Under the pieces are notes generated by a model. It was not told the origin of the DNA. It searched no databases and saw only the letters and a list, made by a program, of their open reading frames with translations. Of a DNA stretch of 64,000 nt, positions 35,993-48,553 are shown piece by piece; the first letter of the stretch is position 1, and each line of letters begins with the position of its first letter. The stretch covers positions 186,001-250,000 of the forward strand of contig MU006091.1 in assembly GCA_010093705.1 (NCBI GenBank), given 5' to 3'. The translations under genes were made by a program, and so were the position numbers. This DNA is from Patellaria atrata CBS 101060 (lineage: Eukaryota).

Positions 35993-38092
35993 TCAAAACC
36001 AATCCGAAAAGGCATCACTAACATTACCTCCTCCACCCCCTAAGCTGCTGTCCCCAGGGTCACCGTCTCCCCGACCTCCTGAACTATTTCCGGAACCCCT
36101 ATCGGCCCAGGGACTCTGTGCGTTTTCACCCCAGACGTCTTCACCTTGCGGAGCTTCCGGTGTATTTTGCGCTTGTTGCCCTTCGGGGTAGTCCCAGGTC
36201 TGGTGTGATGCATCATCCTGAGACGATCTTCTAGACCCGTATGCTCCTCTTTGCATAGCTTCATACGCCGCCGCTGTACCCGCACCTGCTATCGCACCTT
36301 CCCCCATCCCTCCTATTCCTTTAGCTGCACCCCCAACCACACCTGTACCCGATTCTGTAGCTGCTCCCGTTCCAACAGCTGTCCCAGCTTCAGCGCCAGC
36401 TGCACCAGCTTCACCAGCAGCGCCACCATAGCCCGGAAACCACATTGGAAGCCATCCACCAGTGCCGGCATGACTGTGCCGACTGAAATAGTCAAAGTCG
36501 ATGCTTACCGCCGTGGCAAGCATAACTGCTCTCTGATCCAATGTCATGCCCGGTACTGACTGAGTGCTATCGGCGGAGCGTTTACCGGTTTTAGATATCA
36601 GATATTGAGACTCTGCCTCTAAACTTGCAGCATCCATTCGCAATGCATACGCCCCGGTATCCGTGAAGATTTCCCTGGCAAAGCTTCTAAAGTTGCGGTT
36701 CACGGAGCCGATAAGTCGATCGTCTGATGAGAGAAGCGCGAAATCCCATGACAAAAGGGGTTCATTGACGTGTGCGAATTGTGCGAATCCCACCTCGCTC
36801 CTATTATCCTTGGAGACTTGAGCTGCCTTAGTGTCTGATATGGGGAGCTCTCCAGACGTCGGTTGACGCACTTCTTGCGCTTGCTTGTCTTCAAGCGGAC
36901 GGTTGAGGAAAAGGTCATATTTTCGCCTCCAGGGGTGCCATTGTTGGTGCGCTTCCCCAATGATTCGCATTTCAGACATGCCAAGAGTAGGAATCCGACG
37001 GGCTTCAGGGATTGTAGATTGAAGAGCCGTTTGCGATGACGGATTAATACCGCTGTTGGGGTTTACGGTATCGTAGATGCGTATCCTGGAATTTATCCAG
37101 CTGAAGGGACGGTGAAACTGGAAACGTATCAGCTAACTGCTTGATTTCAACCTCAAATACCTCTTCTGTCGCTGTAACACCCCTAAGTTACTGTGCAGTC
37201 ACTGCTGGAAGGTTTTTGACTTCCACAGATTCAAACTACCGCACCATGGAGAATCACTGTACCGTACAGATGACCGAACCATACAAACCGACTTGACGAT
37301 ACGGATTGACTGGGTTGTACGGAGAGGCAGGTCGCTCAAAATGGCGGAATCATGCAGAGTAATCATACCGTACGGATCTACTAGTCTCTACAAGATGACT
37401 TTTTAAGGTGATTACACGCACATTATGTAGAGCCGAAAGAGCCGAAAGAGAGCTCTCGTTACCCGAGTAGTACAGGTCTCCATAGTTACAGCAACTGTAC
37501 AACAAGGGGGGGGGGGGTTGTGATACGTAACCGAGAGAGAGACGAATCAGTCATTTGATGGACCTACCCGTAAGACCTCTATCTCATTCTTATCAAACAC
37601 ATGCGTCGTGAAACTCCTATGGGTACGAAACATCTGCCTGGCCAACATGTTTCCAACTCCATGCTCTTGCTCGGCTAAGAATCCAACATGGTTTCCCTGC
37701 GCATCCATGATGATATATTTGTTTGCTTGTTCAAAGCTAAGGAGGACGTTCATAAGCTCAATTTCGCGCTGTACTACGATTGAAGAGTTCGCAAGTATAG
37801 AAGTGACGGGATGGTTTCCTTTCAAGATCCCATGCGGATCTTCCGGTATGTGAACTAGGGAGAGTAAATGACTCTCATCCTGTGTGGTAGCTTGTTTCAG
37901 CGCCTTTGAAGTGATGGCCGTTTGAGAGGCATCCAGTTCCTGATTGACCCGAGCCCGATGATTAGGTCGTGGTAATGGGCGAGATGGACCAGGTTTTCGT
38001 AGGGTGTTCCGAGGACCGGGAGAGCGACCAGTAGAGATGCTACGAGTCGCCTGTCTGAATATTGTCGCTCTCCATGCTGACGAAGCGAGCAT
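35993..38092 (-). CDS. AIM25: Phospholipid scramblase-family protein (Aim25-like), 2 exons
   Basis: Arg-rich presequence; REIELMNVLLSFEQANKY..RQMFRTHRSF..EVLR|FHRPFSWINSRI..WHPWRRKYDLF..LDQRAVMLATAVSIDFDYFSRHS. Intron 37118..37567. Confidence 0.88.
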
Positions 38093-38436
38093 AGTCTTTA
38101 AGCGAGGGAATATCTACAACTATATATATGTTGTTGAAGACTAGATGAAGATAATGTGCAAAGGCAGTGAAGTTAGTTTCTAGCTAGCAACCGAGGTTTC
38201 GCCGTTGTAAAATCCGCTGATCTGAAGGCTGGAAAATCAATTCAAAATCTGACCCAGATGTCTTCCAAGATCAGGACTGCTAATAATTCTGAGTGTTGAC
38301 TTTCCATCAGCTGAAAACCTCTATTAGTCTGGAAGATTTACTCAATACTTGCCTCCCAGACCGAAGCTAAAAAGATCCATCCCTTGCTTCCTGACAGGCC
38401 GAGGATGACCGCGTTTTAGTAAAAGCTGACCCTCAT

Positions 38437-39765
38437 ATGGATTCAGCAACTGAAGGAAATGGGGCTGTTGCTAGCAATTTCCCATCAATTCCAACAAAAC
38501 CATATCAAAGACCGAATTATGCTCAGATCCATCAATCACCACTTCCCATCAAGATATATCCTTTGCCGGCTTTCATCCCACAGAATCCTCTATCAGTCTT
38601 AAGGATAGCATACGCTGTTTTATCACAGTGCACTTCGTCATCTCGATCTCACGATAACCCTTACAAAGCGTACTATTCTGCAGCTGACAGATCTGTTCAC
38701 GTGACAGATCCCCTTGCTATCCGAGCCCTATGGGAAAAGGGGTTCTTTGGAAAGGGTTCCCTGAGCCGTAGTGAACCAAACTGGTTTGTTGGGGAGCGGC
38801 GTAGACTTGGGATAGACAATGCCGAGACTGCTGAGGAATATACCCGCCGAAGACGTGAAGAGAGGAGGCAATTCAAGGAAGAGCGCGCACGGCAAGAAAG
38901 AATGGCCATAGAAGAGCGGTTGAATAAGGAAAAGAGATTAGCGGTTGGTGAGTTGCAAAACGGAATAGTTTTCTCGTCCAACGAATCTGAGGATGCAACT
39001 CAGCGGAGCGTATCCGGACATCATGAGCAACATCCTAAAGAGATTCCCGGCAATACTCAGAGACATGATGATCAATCTGAAGGTTTGATGTTGCAGCGAG
39101 CCCCAATCCAGACTTCTTCGAAGGTTCTGTCCCAGACGCCTATTCGACAGTCCCCTGCCGATTCAAATGCTATGGAAAATAAAGAGCATTTACAGCTAAG
39201 CCCGGAGGAGGCCTTTTTCCTTGTTTATGGGCTTAACATGCTTGAGATTGTCGATCCTGATACAGGACTAGTTAACAGTGCCACCTCCCTTCTGCGGTTG
39301 TTTCGAGGAAACTCATACTTTCCACCTATATCGTATTCCAGTTTTCAACCGGATGATCCGTTCCTCTTAAGATATGTTACATACCACCATTTCCGATCTT
39401 TGGGGTGGGTTGTCAGATCAGGGATAAAGTTTGCGGTTGACTTTCTTTTATATAACCGTGGTCCAGCTTTTACACACGCAGAGTTCGCAATAATATTACT
39501 CCCGTCTTACTCTCATCCCGAGTGGGAAAACTCCACATTTGCAAGTCTCAAAGGAGGAGAGAGATCATGGTGGTGGTTCCATTCCCTTAATCGGGTACAA
39601 TCACACGTTAAAAAAACATTGGTTTGTGTATACATTGATGTCCCGCCACCATCCAAGGACATCTCGCGTTTCGGTGAAGATGCGAATATCGGTTCTTTCC
39701 TTAAGCATTACAGAGTCCGAGAATTTGTCTTCAAAAGATGGATTGCAAACAGGAGTCGAGATTGA
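38437..39765 (+). CDS. SEN2: tRNA-splicing endonuclease catalytic subunit Sen2
   Basis: GFFGKGSLSRSEP, EHLQLSPEEAFFL, YHHFRSLGWVVRSGIKFAVDFLLYNRGPAFTHAEF, RWIANRSRD. Confidence 0.93.
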   Translation: MDSATEGNGAVASNFPSIPTKPYQRPNYAQIHQSPLPIKIYPLPAFIPQNPLSVLRIAYAVLSQCTSSSRSHDNPYKAYYSAADRSVHVTDPLAIRALWEKGFFGKGSLSRSEPNWFVGERRRLGIDNAETAEEYTRRRREERRQFKEERARQERMAIEERLNKEKRLAVGELQNGIVFSSNESEDATQRSVSGHHEQHPKEIPGNTQRHDDQSEGLMLQRAPIQTSSKVLSQTPIRQSPADSNAMENKEHLQLSPEEAFFLVYGLNMLEIVDPDTGLVNSATSLLRLFRGNSYFPPISYSSFQPDDPFLLRYVTYHHFRSLGWVVRSGIKFAVDFLLYNRGPAFTHAEFAIILLPSYSHPEWENSTFASLKGGERSWWWFHSLNRVQSHVKKTLVCVYIDVPPPSKDISRFGEDANIGSFLKHYRVREFVFKRWIANRSRD

Positions 39766-40748
39766 GGTTTTAAGAAAAGAAAGTAGGAGGCGCACAAAAA
39801 TACAGAGAAAGGGCAAAGGAGGAGGGAGATCAGGTGTCACGGGCGTAAAGAAGGGGAATGGGCATGTCATAAATGTCAGGTCTTTACTCTTTTCACTGAC
39901 CCAATGGACCCTCACCTTTTTTGACCATTCCTTCGTCTGAATCGTGGCGTCTACATCATCATACAGGTATGTACAGCACCTAGTAGACTGCTGTCACCTA
40001 CTCTCATCTCACGATATTTCCTTCCGTCGATGCACCGACGTTATATCTACTGTACGATACTAGCAGCCTGATACGGTATTACTCCTGAGAAGCCACGTAC
40101 GGCTTGGTTAAACGGCCTCAACCATCTTCCACAGCTGCCACCACAACCCTTAGTAACGAATCCCTAATAAGGCATTACTCCTCAACGGACACGTACAGTC
40201 ATAAAATACCTCTGGTACGGCGTGCTCCTACGCGAACCTTTGCATAACCCCTTTTTACGAGCTGCTGCACGCCCAATCGTATAGCGCGCACCACGACGAG
40301 TAATACTATACCTAACTCTATAAACACTTGGGCAAGCGTGTTTAATAGGGCCAGATAGATCAGAATAGAGCACAGAGGCAATTTGCAGAGCCAGATAAAC
40401 TAGAACTAGAATCATTCTAGCCGACGCGGTCTATCAGCTCCCTCAGTATAACCAGGGAAGCTGTAAAGCTGCGTAAGATTAGAACTGGACCAAACAGATA
40501 TGACACTCAGTGGAACTCTATGCTATGGTATCTTGGTAGAATTCGTGTATTTAGGACTGGGTTACCCTTACAGGAATCAAGAACTATCAATCCTGAGCCA
40601 TCTTACAGCATTGCTCATCAAGTTTAGAGAATATCTAAGTTTACGGAGCCGCACATGTTGAAGAAGGCCAATTAATACCCACACGTGATCACAGTTTATT
40701 AAGAATTTTCGTCATATTCCTTCTTGCAAATAACATCTTTACGAAAAG

Positions 40749-40762
40749 CGGATGACGGTCCG
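40749..40762. promoter_or_regulatory. Candidate ClrB/CLR-2-type site CGG-N8-CCG upstream of the CBM1-GH131 gene
   Basis: CGGATGACGGTCCG about 345 bp upstream of the ATG; TATAAA at 41024. Confidence 0.4.
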
Positions 40763-41104
40763 CCAAGCCCGATGTGAATCCCCTGCGAAGCCGCAAATAG
40801 ATTAAAGAAGATTCACAGAGATGGACACCTTTCTATTTCCTAGACCTGTTCCCCACAAAATACATCGACCTTGACTAGTAAAATATGCTTGGACGTAAAT
40901 TTAAGCTACTATCCAGATCGTTCCGTCGGCTCTTCCAGATTCGCATCCTGGTGGGAAAGCATGGGATGCAATAAAAACCTGGTCCAGTATGTAGATGAAC
41001 GATTTCATCGATCAGCGTACAAATATAAACGCCTCGTATCTTTGGATTTTTAGAACCCCTTTTGTGTTAGAAAGCAATCCACATACACCGGTTCGAATTT
41101 CAGA

Positions 41105-42252
41105 ATGCATCGTCCAGCAATTCTAGCAGCAACCCTTTTCGCCGCTGTGGCCGTGGCCCAGCAACCGGCGTATGCGCAATGCGGAGGAAACAACCATCAG
41201 GGAGACACGACGTGTGTTTCAGGTTACCACTGTGAAATGGTCAATGAGTGGTATTCCCAGTGCATGCCTGGAGACCCTCCAGTTGAGGAACCTACGCCCG
41301 AGCCTGAACCTCAACCCACTCCTGAGCCCACGCCCGAGCCGACGACGTTAGTAACCAGCATACCGGTTGAGACTCCTACTGAAACTTCAGTCATCACAAG
41401 TCCATCCCCTTCTCCAATCAACAAATGCCCGGTTGTCCTGGATGGACGTATACCAGTAGGCACAGCGGCTACGGTCCTCGATACCAACAACAAGTATTTC
41501 AACCCGGACTATGTTAAGGGTAACAACCTGAAGTGGAGCGATATTATCAAGCTTCCCTCAGTCCCACAATCGAGGTTCGATGCTGCTGTTGGAGCCCAGG
41601 CCCTCGAGGTCACCATTAGCGATAAGAGCATTTTCATGCAGCAGAACGGGTTCAGACGCGCGGGACTGCAATTCAACGGGGATTCATCCGATGACGCAAG
41701 CTCCAAAGGTGTCAAGACTATCCACTTCAGTGTAAGAGTTGATGCCACGAGGGCATTGAACCTAACTCATGAGTATCTAGTAAGTTATGCTAATGGAGTG
41801 GAACAAAATACTTGATATTAAGCGAAACATAGAATGTGTGGCACGAGACGGCCGATTACTCAGCCAATCAGTTCAACTTCCAAACTGGAACTATCATTGG
41901 AAAGAGTAGCTCCGACAGGAACAACTGGAAGGTCCTAAACAGGAACAACCAGCTCGTATGGTCAACTCCGATGGTCGCGGATACATGGCAAAACTTCGCT
42001 ATCACTCTTGACTTCAGCAAGAATACCTTCCAAGTGTATTATTCCGCCGGCAACGATCCTCTGAAGTCCGTGACCAGTTCTTTATCCAACAACCTTGCTG
42101 GTAACGGACAGTACCAGATTGGTGTGCTCAAGAAACCAACCGGTACCTCTGATGTCGTCAACAGTGGATACCAACAAAGGAATCTTAACGAAGGCGTCAT
42201 CTATGGTGGGTTATTCGTGGAAGATAGTGCGGGTGGCTGCGTGAGTCTGTAA
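41105..42252 (+). CDS. Secreted GH131 beta-glucanase with N-terminal CBM1 and P/E/T linker (2 exons)
   Basis: Signal peptide; CBM1 QCGGNNHQGDTTCVSGYHC..NEWYSQC; LDGRIP, EVTISDKSIF, GFRRAGL, LNLTHEYL|NVWHE, GVLKKPTG. Intron 41780..41832. Confidence 0.9.
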
Positions 42253-43063
42253 ATACCAGCAATCCGAATGTCGCTGTAGATCCACGCATCTTTCTTTATG
42301 CTGTACAGTGCTCTCGAGTGCTTGTTTATAGATTCTAGCACTCAATCAATATAACATTTCACTACCCAGAGTTCGGGAGAGTGCTTTTTCTTTTTCAACA
42401 TGTCATTAGTAAATGTTCGGAGCGACTCGGGCTGAAAGCATTACCTTATGGACCTCGATGTTTTGAGATGATCAGGACACGGCTAAATGTATAAATCAAA
42501 CGGGACATTAACCAACCTGATTGATAATTTCACTAGTGGTTTGTGACTTTCACACCTTAGGCAAATAAGGGGCTAAGACTGGAAGATGATGGGGACACAG
42601 GATCATTTGAAATCGAGAGACATGAGATATAAAACATATTCAAGCACTCAGGATCTTCTGAGCCTAGAGATTGCAAGCTAGACAGATAAGTCGAGTACCA
42701 CTACGCACTGGGCTGACAACATTTCACTGCAGACTCGAGTTTATGATGATGTGAATACAGAGCTGAATTCGCATTTGAACCTATCTTACTAACATATATC
42801 TTGCAGAATCTTACAGTATAAGAAGAGGTCCAGATCAGGTCACACTTTTGTTGACACATCCGAAATCCGTTATATGCCGCATCTTCTACTCCTATTGGTT
42901 GAATCATCCGAGTTCGGTCAATCTAAGCGCCAATGAGGGAAAGCGTGGTTAAGACAATTTCCACCCCACCCTTCCTCAGCCGACCCTCTGAAAATTCGTT
43001 ATCGTATCTGATCAATCTCCAATCTCTCACAATCTCATCTCATCTCTCCCCTCGCAGCCCGTC

Positions 43064-44545
43064 ATGTCCGCGACAACGATAAGCAATGCTCCAGTCAACA
43101 TCAACAATAATGCTTCAACGACCTCAAAGCCAGCATCTTCAGTCTCCACCGTATTCAGTGCAATTGCAGCAGGAGGGTCTCCTTCCGGTCACACTCTTAG
43201 CTCCCCTGCACCCGCCCGTGCTCCTGCTTCGATCACCTCGCCTTCCACGCCGTCGACTCCGATTTCTACGACGACGTCTCAGGATTCAAGTATGAGCAAT
43301 TCTGCAGTATCAAATGGTCCAGTATGCTCTAATTACACCGTCCCCGCTCGACCGAAACCAGGCCGCAAGCCAGCTACCGATAGTCCGGTGGACAAGCGAC
43401 GTGCTCAAAACAGGCAAGCACAGCGCCAGTTCCGAGAACGGAAGCAGAAGAAAGAGCACGACCTTGAACAAGAGCTAAAGGAGATGAAAGAAGAGTTTGC
43501 TCGAGAGGTCGATGTGTATAAACGCCAGATCGAGGATCTCCAACGTCGAAACGAGTCCTTGGTTCAAGATTTATCGAAGGCTCAGCAGCTTCTGGCCGAA
43601 AGACAAGCTTCTGATGACTGTGGAGAACCGCTCCCGAAACGTGCAAGACGATACTCGAATGGATCGCTTATGCCGTTAAGCACTGCCTTTCCCGATATTG
43701 ATATCAATCAGCATGCCGCTCAGAACGGCCCCTTAACGCCTCCCACTACCCAAGATTCTAAAGAGCTTGGTGGATGCGGTAACTGTAGGGACAATGGAGA
43801 ATGTCCTTGTGTCGATGAAGTCGTTAATATCTCCGGCCCCATAACAACGCGCCCCGAGCCCACTCCACCTCAACACACTCCTACGAACCCCATGCCTTTC
43901 ACTAACACTGACCACTCTGAGTATGAAATCGACTTCACCACTCCAGCATACACCAAAATCGCCCATCCACACGCCGTCCTCTTAGCTTCCGTGTCCAATC
44001 AACAATCCCAAGGCTGTGAATTCTGCACTCGGGACGGAAAGTGCATCTGTCTCGACCGCCATTCCCCATCCACCTCCCCCGGCCGAAACGACAAGCTCCC
44101 ACCCCTCCTCTCGCAATCATCTAGCTTCTCGTCCCGCAGGCCGACCATGGAGCCCATCCCTTCGATGGAACCCGGCTCCTGCGTCAAATGCCAGCAAAAC
44201 CCGGCACAACGCGCCTGGTGCAAATCACTCGCCGCCAACAGCCTCTCCCGCACCCCAACAAACCCCATCGCCTCCTCTCCGGCAACATACAGCTGCGCCG
44301 AAGTCGCCGATATCGCCGAGCGCCAGGCTAAGAAGTTGAAGAAGCCGAGCAAGGAGATTAGAGATAAGTTTTTGGGCGAGGCGGGAAGAAAGCATACCAT
44401 GATTGGAAATCGGCGGGCGACGGCGGTAGAGGTGGATGCAGCGGGCGTGTTGACGACTTTGAGCCTGTTTAAGGGGTTTGATCCGATGGATGTGCCTACC
44501 CCTGAGGGCATCGATGATAGGGCTGAAGAAGGTAGGAGTGCTTAG
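43064..44545 (+). CDS. hapX: HapX-like bZIP iron-homeostasis regulator
   Basis: Hap4-like PARPKPGRKP directly before bZIP KRRAQNRQAQRQFRERK. Cys-rich regions CGNC..CPC, CEFC..CIC and CVKC..C; EIDFT; VEVDAAGVL. Confidence 0.85.
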   Translation: MSATTISNAPVNINNNASTTSKPASSVSTVFSAIAAGGSPSGHTLSSPAPARAPASITSPSTPSTPISTTTSQDSSMSNSAVSNGPVCSNYTVPARPKPGRKPATDSPVDKRRAQNRQAQRQFRERKQKKEHDLEQELKEMKEEFAREVDVYKRQIEDLQRRNESLVQDLSKAQQLLAERQASDDCGEPLPKRARRYSNGSLMPLSTAFPDIDINQHAAQNGPLTPPTTQDSKELGGCGNCRDNGECPCVDEVVNISGPITTRPEPTPPQHTPTNPMPFTNTDHSEYEIDFTTPAYTKIAHPHAVLLASVSNQQSQGCEFCTRDGKCICLDRHSPSTSPGRNDKLPPLLSQSSSFSSRRPTMEPIPSMEPGSCVKCQQNPAQRAWCKSLAANSLSRTPTNPIASSPATYSCAEVADIAERQAKKLKKPSKEIRDKFLGEAGRKHTMIGNRRATAVEVDAAGVLTTLSLFKGFDPMDVPTPEGIDDRAEEGRSA

Positions 44546-45446
44546 ATGATCTCTTTTCTCCAAACTTAGTGACGTTGGGACGTTGTTGAGGTTGCGATAA
44601 CCATGATGTAAGCAATGCGGCAAAGTGGACGAGAGTACAGGTCTTGTGCCCATTAGACCCTACATGTCTAAGAAGTAGCGATGCGAAACTTGAGCCGGAT
44701 ACTCGATCATAGACAACTCTTACTCTACATATCGAGGCTAATAGAAGTGATCTCACTCGAGGTGGTTGGCTTCATCGATATAGTAATTTGGATAGCTACG
44801 AGGAATATGAGAGGCTTGGTTGTTGAATTTCTTAATTGGGAAGGAGTCCATATGACATGCTAGATGATCGATTACGACGAAGGAACGCCCATATGGCGTA
44901 GCTAAAAGGAGTTATACCCAGGTGTAATAGCTGTACATAATGCTAGGTTAATGGTTTGGGATGTAAATACTGCAATGGAATCTCCAATACTACTCAGAGG
45001 ATGTTTATCAAGAAGATCAGAAACATGTAGAGTGTCATGTTGCTGTGGAACATCAGAAATTGAAAATCATGCGTTACAACGAGAAAGATGATCAGTACAT
45101 GTGATTGCTTAGTCCGTTGGGCCTTGACGGGAACGATTGTTTAGATTAACATTATTGTACATAATTCCCCTCCCGTCACTGTTGGGAGGGGACGGGTATT
45201 AAGATTTGCAATTCAAGCCTTGAACACGGGGAGGTTTCCTCGTGTTTTTGCACAAGTATAGAGACGTAAAGAAAATTATTCCACTGGATGAGAGAGGATG
45301 ATATGATGATTGACGGGTATATGCCATAAAGTGTCTTCTTTGATTTGCCGACATAATGGAAAGAGTGACTAAGCACTACGGTAACCAAGCGCGGTGATGC
45401 AATATCCCGCAACCCCACAACAGATAGCATTGCTCGTGAACAAACT

Positions 45447-46414
45447 TCACTGCCCATTTGCAATACCAGAAGAACGTCCTGGGACAGCTGGTGTATCGTC
45501 ATCCTCAATCTCATCAAGTTCTTCTGGATGACTACTTGAGTGTTAGTCATATCTGATGGGACTTGTCATATCCTAACCCTAAGGGTAGGGATTATGACAC
45601 TTACCCAAGCAAGTCCTTAACATTCTTCATTTCATAGTGCTTCTTGCGCAGCTCCTCAAACTTGCGATGTTTCTCCCGCTCCTCCTCAGACATATTCACT
45701 GGCTCCTCGCCGTGATGAAGGTCATCTACCATACTTTCATCAACGATGACGCGCTTCTCGCTATCCGGTGTATGACGTTCTCCCTCTGGTTCTATTTCTG
45801 GTTCTCCAAGCTCAAAGTCAGGAATGTCGAGGTCACGTGAAGGCTTCTTATTTGGTTTCGCTTTGTCCAACTCGTCAACCATAATCTCATCCGCGTTGAT
45901 TGCCTCTATCTCCGCGTCATCCTCAGTAGGATCATATCCGCCTGCGTAGGGTGTCTTAGGCTCCGTTATCTTCATGGTGCTGTCCCTCTCCTGCTCTGTG
46001 AGATATAGGTTCGCTTCGTCCCACTTCAATCGGGGGCTGGTCTCATCTGGATGGGTGTAGATTGGTGTTCCCGACTGGCGGCGGGAAGGCGGGCCTCGTG
46101 GATTCGAAGAGGAGCGACGATGACCTGCGTTTTGTATAGTATTCTGAAGCACGATCTCCTTCTCAGACATCTCACGACCAAGCACCGGTCTCTCGGGTGA
46201 TTCGACGGGCTGAAGGGGAACCCCTTCAGTGACGGGAGAGGTCTGGGTAGCCAACGAAGCATTGTAAGAACTCGAGTTCTTCAAGATACCTAGATTCGAA
46301 TTAGTTTGCGCTTGTGCGGCCTCGGTTACGGCGGTACTTACCTTTTGGTCGAGGAGGATGCTCTCCTGATGCTAGTTTCACGGGTTCGTGAAGAGCGGGA
46401 GCTTGTTGGGTCAT
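45447..46414 (-). CDS. GLC8: Protein phosphatase 1 inhibitor-2 (Glc8-like), 3 exons
   Basis: PK|GILKN, LKWDEANL, MKITEPKTPY, FEELRKKHYEM. Last exon HPEELDEIEDDD..GQ* ends at 45447. Confidence 0.9.
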
Positions 46415-48553
46415 TTTGATGTAGTACTTGTGCTAGAATGCTAATGTTTAGAAACTGATGATTCGCTAGTCACAGCGACGTCATCAGCAGAGCCGTTCCA
46501 AAGGTTATAAATGGTCTGACACGTGAGACTGAGATAGGTCAGAGTATCGCTTTCCGCCGGGCTGGACGAGTATTCTCGGATGATGTGAGCTTTAAGTGGG
46601 AGATGGGACGTTATGGAGAAGTCAAGGTTGAGATGGGTGTAGTGGGACAAAGTGGAGGGGTCATTGGGTGAAAGGTAGGAGAGGAGGGCAGGGGCAGGTG
46701 CCGAGTGGTAGACCGACCTCCTACTCGCGAGTCAACAATACTCTTTAGCTCTATGAGTACATAACGATAGTGACTACAGCAAGCTGAGATTATATCTTTG
46801 CCATCATGGCCCTTACAGAGTGTACTTGCAATCATATAAGAAAATTCCATCACTTATCAAATCACAGATGAGGCTCGTTCTTTAGTGACGTCACACTCTC
46901 TCTTCGTTCGCCAGGTGGCTATATTCTACCCGCTCGCTACACTTATTTTAACCTCCTACTAAGGTAAGGTACCTATTCGTACTGTACAGTACAAGTACAC
47001 CTCAGTCTTAGATAGCCTCGCACCGATACCCGACATTAACTTTAACCGACATCACCCCTCTCGTACATAATTGTAAGACAGCCACTTGATCTTTTTAGAA
47101 ATAAGAAAATCGTGCATTCAGCAAACCATTACATCCCTTTACGTTCGTTGACCGTTGGACGCTATCTCTGCAATGAGTCCAAAAACTCCAAAGACCTCTT
47201 ATTCGGAATGTGTTGCCAGGTCATACGGTCCTAAGTGGGAAGCAGAATGTATGGATCTTGGTCTTCCTCCTAGTAGATAATGCCACTAAATCTCAAATTA
47301 AACGGCTTTAAATATACTCCTCTGATATCAACCTTTATACGTTAAATCTTTAATCCTTTGCTCTGAGATTATCATCCTTTCCTCATCATGATCGTGACTC
47401 ATATATGTTGTCCATGTACCGTGCATTATAGTAAAGGGAAGGGAATGCGTATCAATGGATGAATGTAGTGAAGAGCAATGCCACTGGATGTATGAAAATC
47501 GTTTACTAAACGATGTACTACATGTGACTGGGAGACCGTTCAATTGAGAATTGCACAACAGTGTTGGGAAAGGTATTCGTTTTTCTGTGATGGATTCTAA
47601 AGGAGTGTACAGTACTATATACTAATGTCAAGGCTGTCAGCGTACATCCATCAAAGCTGATATTGTCCCCCAAATTTTACAGAAGTACGATCAGGATTTG
47701 CCATTAAACGTCATGCTCAACCAGCTTACAGTCAAGTATGAAAATTGATCCCATACATGTGTCCAGCGGCTGAGCGTATATTCTGATTACCAGAGCTGTG
47801 AATAAACTTCATCATGTGCGAATCTGGGTGAATATTCATGGACGAAAGTACTCACACATATCATTGTTGAAAGAAGATTAATAGAGGATGAACATGTCCA
47901 AGCGTGGATGGTACTCAAAATTGAACAAAATGTTGTATGTCCCATCTCTTAGGTCGTCATCTTGTCATGGGAAGCCGCCCGAAGGGACCCTCGTGACAAC
48001 GGTTTTAAAGTGGGTTGTTCATTCGTTCTCGACACATGCATTCTGTAGGCAAAACTAGTAGAGGAAGCTAGTCAGCCTGATGAATTGATGCAGGTGGTCT
48101 TGTTTGTAGAGGGAAAAAGGGAAAAAAAATTGGGACGGGTCAAATAAATAACTGTTTAGGACACCCCCGTCCGCAAGCGAGCGCTAAAGAAGAATCGGGT
48201 ATTGCCCGCAAAGAATAGGTACAGACTTTAGACTTCAAGACAAACCTAACCTAACATCACTTCTCTTCAATCTACAGTTTAAATCGCAATACCAACTCAT
48301 TCTTAACTTAATAATCCATTCCAGAGGTTACCTCATATACACATTCTTTACGACACGTCCTCCGTTAATCCATAGAACCCCGTCACAAACGCAGACAACA
48401 TTGACGGCACCGCTGAGATCCTGCACCCGGCCACTAGGCCCTTCGCTCTTGTCTACTTGCTTGTTCACTCTTTTTTTCATTACTAGCAGCGGAAAGGGCG
48501 AGAAACTTATAGATCCACGGTCACTAACGGCAGGATAAGGTACCTTACTCTCA

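Noticed and set aside
45570..45590. TTAGGGTTAGG telomere-like sequence in the GLC8 intron
   Set aside because: Fewer than two full units; expected by chance.
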